DNA of 55,750 bases, taken from the NCBI GenBank assembly GCA_964373805.1, contig CAYJWF010000008.1, positions 1 through 55,750 on the forward strand. The letters run 5' to 3'. Each line of letters starts with the position of its first letter. Positions within the stretch are counted from its first letter, which is position 1. This DNA comes from an uncultured Planctomycetia bacterium (GTDB lineage: Bacteria > Omnitrophota > Gorgyraeia > 1-14-0-20-64-10). The notes under the pieces were generated by a model. It did no database searches. It worked only from the letters and a program-made list of their open reading frames with translations, and was not told the DNA's origin. Position numbers and translations under genes: made by a program. Below are positions 1-6,630 of this stretch, piece after piece.

Positions 1-57
1 GCTGGCGCTGTCGGAAGCGCCACCACGCGCCCCGGCGCAGCCAGAAGCGTAGAGGAA
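1..57 (-). repeat. F2 repeat (long form, truncated by window edge) inside the partial TonB-like ORF
   Basis: The reverse complement CCCTTCCTCTACGCTTCTGGCTGCGCCGGGGCGCGTGGTGGCGCTTCCGACAGCGCCAGC is nearly identical to 27428-27485. Confidence 0.8.
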
Positions 58-431
58 GGGGCCGGGACAGGGGTGAGGTCAACCCGCGGAGCAGGAGCCT
101 GGGAAAAGGGTGCCTCGTCGTGCCTCACCGTCCGTGGTTCTGCGCCACGTACTCTGGCGGGGACAAGCTCCCCGGCCCGTCTATCGGGCATCTCGCCGGG
201 GCGGGCACCACGAACGGCCTGGGCTCTGGAATCCCTGAGAATCTCTCCAGAGGTTTCGGGATGGCTTGTAGGCTTCTTGGACAAAGTGTCCCTCAATGAG
301 GCGTCCCCTTGGTAGGTGACCTCGATCGAACGGAGGGCCCTTAGAGGAGGAACCGTTCCCACCGGTGGGTGAATCGTCAAAAGGCCCAGGTGGGCCAACA
401 CCGACCAGCCGATGGCAATCCTTAAGGTCAT
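1..431 (-). CDS. TonB-like membrane-anchored protein, partial (3' end lies beyond window start)
   Basis: Absent from the ORF track because no stop lies in the window. Hand check: the ATG at 431-429 overlaps the bluB stop (ATGA), and the frame has no stop down to position 3 (143 codons). The N-terminus MTLRIAIGWSVLAHLGLLTIH is a single hydrophobic anchor. It is followed by IEVTY and a Pro/Ala/Arg-rich linker, like the tonB product at 1704-2288. Codons over 1-57 are a copy of repeat family F2. High GC makes long open frames easy, so confidence is moderate. Confidence 0.45.
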   Translation of the reverse strand, partial: MTLRIAIGWSVLAHLGLLTIHPPVGTVPPLRALRSIEVTYQGDASLRDTLSKKPTSHPETSGEILRDSRAQAVRGARPGEMPDRRAGELVPARVRGAEPRTVRHDEAPFSQAPAPRVDLTPVPAPSSTLLAAPGRVVALPTAP

Positions 432-1084
432 CTATCCCCTTGCCGTCGTCCCCACCGATCCCGAAAGATCAGCGGCTCCATCGGAATCCGACCCGCCCAA
501 CCTACCTCCTCCAGCTCAGGGCGCGGTAGAAATTCCTCTGGGTAACCCAAACAGAGGTACGCCACAGGGATAATCCCTGGCGGGATCCCCAAGATCTTTT
601 TTAACCGATCGTTCCTCAGGATGCTCACCCAGCCGGCCCCAATCCCTTCCGCCCGGGCTGCCAGCCAAAGGTTCTGAACGGCGCAACAGGTGCTGTAAAC
701 GTCGGTCCGGCGGATGGTGTTTCGGCCCAGAACATGAGGTCCGAATCGGCGTGGGTTGCAAGTGATGCAGAGATTGATCGGTGCTTCCAGAATACCCTCT
801 AACTTGAGACGTTCATAGAGTTGGCGGCGTCTGCCCCGGAACAGCTTGAGCGCCCGAGCATTCTCCCGAACAAACAGCTCCTTCACCTTCCCCTTAATCT
901 TCGGATTTCGGATGACGAGAAAGTTCCAAGGCTGCATGAATCCGACAGAAGGAGCGTGATGAGCCGCCAGGAGGATCCGCTGAAGCACCTTTTCTGGGAT
1001 CGGATCCGGGAGGAACCGGCGAACGTCCCTCCGGGAGAAGATCACCTGATAGATCGGATGTTCTAAAATTTCTGGAGCTGCCAT
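428..1084 (-). CDS. bluB: 5,6-dimethylbenzimidazole synthase BluB (nitroreductase fold)
   Basis: C-terminal 218 aa of ORF 428..1534, with ATG at 1084-1082. The sequence RRDVRRFLPDPIPEKVLQRILLAAHHAPSVGFMQPWNFLVI is typical of BluB-type flavin destructases. The upstream 150 codons of the track ORF overlap the neighbouring membrane-protein gene and were discarded. The B12 cluster context supports the call. Confidence 0.8.
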   Translation of the reverse strand: MAAPEILEHPIYQVIFSRRDVRRFLPDPIPEKVLQRILLAAHHAPSVGFMQPWNFLVIRNPKIKGKVKELFVRENARALKLFRGRRRQLYERLKLEGILEAPINLCITCNPRRFGPHVLGRNTIRRTDVYSTCCAVQNLWLAARAEGIGAGWVSILRNDRLKKILGIPPGIIPVAYLCLGYPEEFLPRPELEEVGWAGRIPMEPLIFRDRWGRRQGDR

Positions 1085-1107
1085 CGCTGCCCGATAAGCC
1101 GGGTGTA

Positions 1108-1626
1108 CTATTGGCCCGAAGAAAAGGCTCTCGCTTGAACTCCTTGGAAGGCATAGGCCAAAAAGACGTAGCCACCCAGGAAGAGACTGGTAAAGAGGAG
1201 ATCCCCCACGAAGGAGCGCTGGAAATAAGGGATCGCCCCTGAGAGGGAGATCCAAAGCCCCTGCGGAGTCTTTGGAACCACCGCGCAGGTGCCGGTGGCC
1301 CAGTCCCCCACGGCCAGCACCATGTGAAAGATCGGTGATGAGACGAGAAGTCCCATCAAAATGGAGCGGAAGTTGGGACGGATCTTCAAGACCAGAATCG
1401 TTGCCACCACGGCGGAGACACCGATCAACCGAACCATCGTAAAGGCCGATAAACCGATCAGAAGATCCCGCACGAGGATCCCCCCCAATCCTACGATCCA
1501 CAGCTCCCGGGGCTTGAGGAAATATCCCGCGCACAGGATCGCCCCCAGAATGGGAGCCACCCCCAATTCATGAGAAAAACGCCCGGCCATCAAACCGCAG
1601 GCCAGCGTCAAGAGCACCGTTGCCAT
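1108..1626 (-). CDS. small polytopic membrane protein (5-6 TM), candidate ECF-S/BtuM-like corrinoid or lower-ligand transporter
   Basis: 172-aa ORF that is almost entirely hydrophobic helices. The motif GRFSHELGVAPILGAILCAGYF recalls solitary S-component-like (DUF6580-type) proteins, recalled from memory. It lies between tonB and bluB in the riboswitch-controlled locus. A GGAGGG sits upstream of the ATG. Confidence 0.6.
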   Translation of the reverse strand: MATVLLTLACGLMAGRFSHELGVAPILGAILCAGYFLKPRELWIVGLGGILVRDLLIGLSAFTMVRLIGVSAVVATILVLKIRPNFRSILMGLLVSSPIFHMVLAVGDWATGTCAVVPKTPQGLWISLSGAIPYFQRSFVGDLLFTSLFLGGYVFLAYAFQGVQARAFSSGQ

Positions 1627-1703
1627 AAGAAACCCTCCTCTTCCTTGAAAAGGTACCTTCTGCTTCCTGAATCCTCTTCTTCAGAGGGTACCTGGTACCT
1701 AAG

Positions 1704-2288
1704 CTAATTCCCTTCTCGATCCGAACCCAGTTGGAATTGAACAGGAATCTCAACCCACGAAGCGACGGCCCTGCCCTTTCGCCGGGCCGGCACAAACCGC
1801 CATCGGCTTAAAGCCACCAGGGCCGCTTCATCCAAGATCGGATGTCCGGAGCCTTGGGACACCTGCAGATCCGCTGGCTTTCCCTCCGGCATCACCCGGG
1901 CCTTCAAAATCACCCTTCCCTGCCATCCCATGACCCGCGCCTGCCAGGGGTAACGAGGAGCCGGGTTGCGCAGAGACGATGGGGAGATCCGTGTCGCGGC
2001 TCCGCCGTCATTCTCCCAAAGCTCCTGCCGCGAGGCAGGAGGGCCGAGTGGTGCCGCTTCCTCTAGCGGCAGCCGCTGAGGCGGGGGGGGGACCGGACAA
2101 ACCTCCTCCTCCCCTGATTCCTCTTTACGACTCCCACGTTCCACGAACTCCAGCTCTACCGAGCTTTTACCCCGGATCACGTCGGTGAACACCCCCGTCG
2201 TGGCCCCAAGTTTCAAACCGAGCGGAACCAACAAAAGGGCATGCAGGCCGATCGAAAACAGCGTTGATTGTACCAGGCTTCGGGTCAT
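1704..2288 (-). CDS. tonB: TonB energy transducer
   Basis: N-terminal anchor LFSIGLHALLLV, a Pro/Glu-rich linker, and a C-terminal TonB domain (RYPWQARVMGWQGRVILKARV...GHPILDEAALVALSRWRFVPA). The start overlaps the exbD stop by 4 nt. Confidence 0.9.
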   Translation of the reverse strand: MTRSLVQSTLFSIGLHALLLVPLGLKLGATTGVFTDVIRGKSSVELEFVERGSRKEESGEEEVCPVPPPPQRLPLEEAAPLGPPASRQELWENDGGAATRISPSSLRNPAPRYPWQARVMGWQGRVILKARVMPEGKPADLQVSQGSGHPILDEAALVALSRWRFVPARRKGRAVASWVEIPVQFQLGSDREGN

Positions 2289-2707
2289 CGGTGAATCTCT
2301 TTCGTCTCATCGGAAGAGGCCAGCAAAATCACTCGCCCTACCCCTGCTCCCCTGACCGCCGCCAACAGTTCCACCACCCGTTCATAGGGAGTTTCTCGAT
2401 CGGCCCGGATTCCAACGCGTAGGGAAGAGAGCTTAGGGTCCGAGACAAGCCGCGCTTGAAGCTCCTCAAGAGTCACTGGTTCCCCTTCCATCTCCATCGC
2501 TCCGGAATGGGAAACCGTCACGACGAGGTGGCTCTCTTTGGAAAGCGTTGGGACCGCGCCCGCCTTGGGAAGCTCCACCGGCAGCCCCCGCACCACTTCC
2601 ATGGAGAGGACCGAGGACATGAAGAAAGCCAGAAGGAGAAAGAAGGAGTCGATGAGCGGCACCATTTCAATCCGGGGCCGTCGAGCCGGAGGGATATAGA
2701 CCTTCAT
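2285..2707 (-). CDS. exbD: ExbD/TolR biopolymer transport protein
   Basis: 140 aa. The N-terminal IEMVPLIDSFFLLLAFFM motif is typical of ExbD/TolR. The gene overlaps exbB by 4 nt. Confidence 0.9.
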   Translation of the reverse strand: MKVYIPPARRPRIEMVPLIDSFFLLLAFFMSSVLSMEVVRGLPVELPKAGAVPTLSKESHLVVTVSHSGAMEMEGEPVTLEELQARLVSDPKLSSLRVGIRADRETPYERVVELLAAVRGAGVGRVILLASSDETKEIHR

Positions 2708-3339
2708 CTTTCCACCTCGATGGGGTGGGACTCCGATACCGTGCTCCGTGTCGCCAACAGCTCCAACGCCGTGGACTGCCGTTCGATATCGTGCGCCATC
2801 TCTTCAACCTTAGCCGAGAAGAAATTGTAGGGCGGGATCGATAGAATCGCGATGGTCAAGCCGGCGGCGGTAGTGATGAGGGCCTCGGCGATTCCTGAGG
2901 CGACCAGCTGCGGATCGGGCAACCCAGCTCGGCTTAAGAATCCGAAGGCCCGGATCATTCCGGTGATCGTGCCGTAGATCCCCAACAGGGGGGCCAGGGT
3001 AATCGTCGTGTCCAGAACCCCCAGGTACCGCCGCATGGGACCCAACTCCTGTTTCACCTGGACCTCCAGAGCACCGGTTACCGAACCTGGCCAGTGCTCC
3101 AGCCCCTTCGTCAGAACCCTGGCCACGGGATCGGATAGGGACCGGCTTAAACGAAGCGCTTCTGAAATTCGCCTGTGCTGGACAAGATCCAGAATATTCT
3201 GCACCCCTTCCGGATCCCGCTCCTTTCGGAGCCTTATCCAGAAAAGGAAACGCTCTGTGATCACGGTCATCGCAACCATGGAGCAAACCAGGAGCGGGTA
3301 CATCACCGGCCCACCCAACCGGAACAGCTCGTAAAGCAT
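2704..3339 (-). CDS. exbB: ExbB/TolQ/MotA proton-channel protein
   Basis: 211 aa with a three-TM MotA/TolQ/ExbB signature (GLLGTITGMIRAF-like LLGIYGTITGMIRAF...GIAEALITTAAGL). Confidence 0.92.
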   Translation of the reverse strand: MLYELFRLGGPVMYPLLVCSMVAMTVITERFLFWIRLRKERDPEGVQNILDLVQHRRISEALRLSRSLSDPVARVLTKGLEHWPGSVTGALEVQVKQELGPMRRYLGVLDTTITLAPLLGIYGTITGMIRAFGFLSRAGLPDPQLVASGIAEALITTAAGLTIAILSIPPYNFFSAKVEEMAHDIERQSTALELLATRSTVSESHPIEVER

Positions 3340-3341
3340 CC

Positions 3342-4139
3342 TTACTCTCCCTCCTGTAAGGGGCCAAACCGAATCTCGGTGTTGACCACCGGGGCCGAAT
3401 TGATCTGGACCCGCACCGATTGCGTCCCCAGTGTCTCATGCCAAACATGCACTGGATGTCGCCCGGGCGGTATCTCCCGGAGGATGAACCTCCCTGCCGA
3501 GTCGGTCACCGCGTAAGATCGGCTGGGAACCACCACGACCCAGGCGTACATCCAAGGATGAACGCCACAGCGAACGATGTAGCGTCCCGGCTCGGTAAAG
3601 CGCCAAGGGATATCGGAGGCGTCCGCCTTCTGCCATCGGTGCATGAGCATGGCCGGTTTTCCCTCCCGAAAGATCCGAACGTTGTGAAGAACGGAATCGG
3701 AATTCCGAATCCGAACTTCGGACCCCGCTGGGATCGCCAGGGTATGCGGTTCAAAAACACATTCCTTTTGATCTAAAAGGAACATGTCGGAGGTTATTTC
3801 GATCCGTTGTTGGATCTGTTCCGGAGTCCATTCTGGTAAACCCCCGGTCCAGACCACCGCGTTTTGGACACCACCATCCGGGCTCACCAACAACTTCGGG
3901 GAAACCTTTGAAAGGGAACCACAACCTTTAGTGGAGTGATCCCCATCCTTCGGTTGGATGGTCACGATCTTCGTTTCCGGCACTGGACTCTCCAACCGCA
4001 CCACACCATGAACCTCCCCCGCCTCTATAGATCTGGCAATACACAACACAGCTAGGGATAGGACAAATGGGGTTAGATTCCTTCTGAATCGAGACACCCC
4101 CGCGCCGGGGGTATCTCCCTCTTTATTGATCATAGGCAC
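3342..4139 (-). CDS. secreted cupredoxin-like protein with C-terminal carboxypeptidase-regulatory-like beta-sandwich
   Basis: 265 aa with a signal-like N-terminus (RRNLTPFVLSLAVLCIARSIEA). The cupredoxin core keeps the type-1 Cu ligand pattern: H in SVLHNVRIF, and C-x2-H-x2-M in RCGVHPWMY. The tail AVTDSAGRFILREIPPGRHPVHVWHE resembles a CarboxypepD_reg fold. The start overlaps the DUF4430 gene by 17 nt. Confidence 0.7.
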   Translation of the reverse strand: MPMINKEGDTPGAGVSRFRRNLTPFVLSLAVLCIARSIEAGEVHGVVRLESPVPETKIVTIQPKDGDHSTKGCGSLSKVSPKLLVSPDGGVQNAVVWTGGLPEWTPEQIQQRIEITSDMFLLDQKECVFEPHTLAIPAGSEVRIRNSDSVLHNVRIFREGKPAMLMHRWQKADASDIPWRFTEPGRYIVRCGVHPWMYAWVVVVPSRSYAVTDSAGRFILREIPPGRHPVHVWHETLGTQSVRVQINSAPVVNTEIRFGPLQEGE

Positions 4140-4521
4140 GATACTCCCATCGGACCAGATCTCCGGGTTTCAGTTTCCTCTTGTAGGGGCTGACCTTCTT
4201 CGAACCGTTCACCGAGACGGTCCACCATTGATTGGTGGCCGGATCGGTCGCCACGCCATCAATCACCGCCGTCTCGCGCGGATCGCAGCAGACCGCCCCT
4301 TTCTCCACGGAACAGACTTTAGCTACCAATCGATCCGGCGTGGTTCCACGTTCAACCTCAACCACCCTTCGAATCGGCGGCTTGTTGGCCGGCCCGTAGT
4401 CCACCTCCAACGCCACCTCAAACGGCTCCGCCGGCCTGCCCAGCGTCGCGCACCCCATCAAAAGTAAGAAACAAAGGTACCAGGTCGACCCGACCCCTTT
4501 GTTCATCCCCAGCCGATTCAT
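4123..4521 (-). CDS. DUF4430 (transcobalamin beta-domain-like) lipoprotein
   Basis: 132 aa with lipobox LLLMGC. The C-terminal pattern WWTVSVNGSKKVSPYKRKLKPGDLVRWEY matches the DUF4430 W-x-Y/V-x-V-N-G...GD-x-V-x-W-x-Y signature. The ATG overlaps the btuB stop (ATGA). Confidence 0.7.
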   Translation of the reverse strand: MNRLGMNKGVGSTWYLCFLLLMGCATLGRPAEPFEVALEVDYGPANKPPIRRVVEVERGTTPDRLVAKVCSVEKGAVCCDPRETAVIDGVATDPATNQWWTVSVNGSKKVSPYKRKLKPGDLVRWEYRAYDQ

Positions 4522-6377
4522 CGCTCTACCGTGATACCCACGCTGGCCACGGTCCCGTTGGCTGGGAAGCCGAGGACCTCCTGGTATTTTCGGTCCATCA
4601 GATTCTCAACGCGCAGATACCCTTTCATCCAGGACGAAAACCGATACTGGGCGTTCAAGTCAAATTTCAGATACCCCTCGTTCTTCTGTCGCCCTTCCGT
4701 CCGTGACTCTTCTCGGCTGCTCACCAAAAGCCCCTCCAGACGGGTCTCCCATTTGGAACTGGGCTTAAGCCCCACGCTAAAGCCAAAGGTGTTCTTGGGA
4801 ACCCGAAGGAGCTCCTCGCCGCTAGGCCGTTCGTTGGCCCTTAGGTGCCCATACGAACCGGTGAGGACCCACGGATCCCACGGCTTCAACTTCAACTCCC
4901 ATTCCACCCCATCGATTCGGGCTTGACCAGAGTTCTGCGCTTCAGAGCGGTTAGAGGCGACCTGGACAAACTGAATGAGATCCTCGTAATCGGTCCGAAA
5001 CAGGGTCCCGGACCAACTCAAACGGTCATCGAAAACCGCCTGATCGGCTCCGATCTCAAACGTCTGGCTCTTCTCCGCGGCCAGGTTGGGATTTCCAAAG
5101 TTGGGGAAGAAAAGCTCGTTTAAGGAGGGAACCCGAAAGCCCTGTCCGTAGCCTCCCCGAAGTTTAAGATTGAAGGGAGCGATAAAATGGGCCGCGGAGG
5201 CATCCACCACCTCATCCCGTCCGAAGGAGCTTTCCCGGAAGGCGCGCACTCCGGCCAAGATCGTCAGCGGTTCCAACGGTTGCCACTGGTTCTGGAGATA
5301 GACCGCCCGGGTCGTCTGGGCCTTTGAAAAGTTCTGGTTGGCTCCTTCCTTGCGGCGGTCGGCCTCCCGATCCTCAAATTCAAAACCGAGGGTGACCGTA
5401 TCCCAATCGACCGGTGTGAAGCGGTTCATCCACTCCGCCCCGTACCGTTCCGTATCCAACTTGGCGAGGCTGTTGGCCTCGGTGCCGCCGTTGGAGGGAT
5501 CGTTATCGATCAGGTTGGCGAGGTTAAAGGAGAACCGAACCGTCTGCGACCAAAAGGAGGTTACTTCATTCTCGAGCTTTGCGGTGCCGATCGTCTGACG
5601 CTCCCGATTGCGTCGATTCGGATCCGGCCGAAAGGCCCCGTCGTCGATCCCTACGATGGCGAAGAGGTGACGCAACGAAAGGTCGATCGCCGTCGACTCG
5701 GTAAAGTTGTACCCGATCCTCGCCGAGAGATTGGTATTCTGGTAGTCGTCATTCTCACTTAGGCCATCGCTGTCGATCCGGGAGGCGGAACCGGAGAGAT
5801 GCCACTTTCCGATTTCGCCGTTCAACGAGCCGACCTCCCGAACGGTATCCTGTCCCCCGTACTCCTGGGTATAGGCGTACTTCATCGGGCCTTCCCCCCG
5901 GCGAGTGATGAGGTTGATCACTCCTCCCATCGCGTCGGAGCCATACAAGGTAGATCCGGGCCCCCGCAGGACTTCAATCCTTTCCAGATTGTCCGGCGTG
6001 AAATGGTTAAAATCAAACGAACCCAGGGTGGGACTGGCCACATGGGCCCCATCCAGGGTCACATGTACCTGCGGGGCGCTCGCCCCGCGGACCACCACGG
6101 CCGTGGTCCGGCCGATGGCTCCGGTTCTTCGAACTAAGGTCTCCGGGACATTCTCAAAGGCCCCGGACACGAAGCCTCCCTTGACGACACTTAACTCCTC
6201 CGCCGGAATCACGCTCACCGACCGGGTCACCTCTTTGGCCGGGGTCCTCGCCTTGGTCGCGGTGACCACCACCTCCTCCATTCGGGTCGGCTCCTCCGCA
6301 AAAACAGCCGTCAGTCGTGAGCCGTGAGTCGTGAGGAAAAGCCCTGTCAACATCAAAACCAGATAACTTCCTTTCAC
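4518..6377 (-). CDS. btuB: TonB-dependent outer-membrane corrinoid receptor (BtuB-like)
   Basis: 619 aa with a signal peptide, TonB-box/plug (EEVVVTATKARTP...VSVIPAEEL, RGASAPQVHVTLDG) and a long beta-barrel. It lies directly downstream of a cobalamin riboswitch. GTG start at 6377, 6 nt after AAGGAG. The C-terminal residue is Arg rather than the usual aromatic residue. Confidence 0.88.
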   Translation of the reverse strand: MKGSYLVLMLTGLFLTTHGSRLTAVFAEEPTRMEEVVVTATKARTPAKEVTRSVSVIPAEELSVVKGGFVSGAFENVPETLVRRTGAIGRTTAVVVRGASAPQVHVTLDGAHVASPTLGSFDFNHFTPDNLERIEVLRGPGSTLYGSDAMGGVINLITRRGEGPMKYAYTQEYGGQDTVREVGSLNGEIGKWHLSGSASRIDSDGLSENDDYQNTNLSARIGYNFTESTAIDLSLRHLFAIVGIDDGAFRPDPNRRNRERQTIGTAKLENEVTSFWSQTVRFSFNLANLIDNDPSNGGTEANSLAKLDTERYGAEWMNRFTPVDWDTVTLGFEFEDREADRRKEGANQNFSKAQTTRAVYLQNQWQPLEPLTILAGVRAFRESSFGRDEVVDASAAHFIAPFNLKLRGGYGQGFRVPSLNELFFPNFGNPNLAAEKSQTFEIGADQAVFDDRLSWSGTLFRTDYEDLIQFVQVASNRSEAQNSGQARIDGVEWELKLKPWDPWVLTGSYGHLRANERPSGEELLRVPKNTFGFSVGLKPSSKWETRLEGLLVSSREESRTEGRQKNEGYLKFDLNAQYRFSSWMKGYLRVENLMDRKYQEVLGFPANGTVASVGITVER

Positions 6378-6620
6378 CGTATGCTCCTTTCTTTCCCCTC
6401 GAAACCTGAGGGAGCTTTTTCCAGATCGATCGGTCTACTGGCTTCCGATCAGCCTACTCTCCGCGCCTTCCCATCTTCTAGAGACGGTTCTCCATGAGAA
6501 CCGTCTCTTATTGGACAGTGGCTAGCGAGCGGATTTCGTCCCGGTTACAGTTGCGGGGCAGCGCCTGACTTCCTGCCTGCCGGCAGGCAGGTCACAGGCT
6601 TCCCGTTCATCGATCTGAAC
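6378..6620 (-). promoter_or_regulatory. cobalamin (B12) riboswitch with expression platform, leader of btuB
   Basis: The minus-strand RNA carries the conserved elements GGGAAGCCTGTGA...GCGCTGCCCCGCAACTGTAACC...GCCACTG...GGGAAGGC. The B12 box is GAAGCCAGTAGACC. P1 pairs CAGATCGAT (about 6617) with ATCGATCTG (about 6421). Downstream, GCTCC can pair with the AAGGAGC Shine-Dalgarno. Confidence 0.85.
6572..6591. repeat. 20-nt perfect palindrome CCTGCCTGCCGGCAGGCAGG inserted in a loop of the btuB riboswitch
   Basis: Read directly. It splits the normally short loop of the GCCTG/CAGGC stem (consensus GCCGGTGAAAATCCGGC). Confidence 0.8.
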
Positions 6621-6630
6621 CTGTTCCTTC

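Noticed and set aside
428-1534. 368-aa ORF-track version of the bluB gene
   Set aside because: The first 150 codons have no family resemblance and overlap the well-formed membrane-protein gene at 1108-1626 in another frame. The BluB homology begins at the ATG at 1084.
2810-3448. Same-strand alternative-frame ORFs overlapping real genes (also 12966..13610, 49373..50215, 46074..46739, 17354..17917)
   Set aside because: Each is fully contained in or overlaps a gene with unambiguous family identity in another frame. Their translations are Arg/Gly/Pro-rich, which is typical of off-frame GC-rich sequence.
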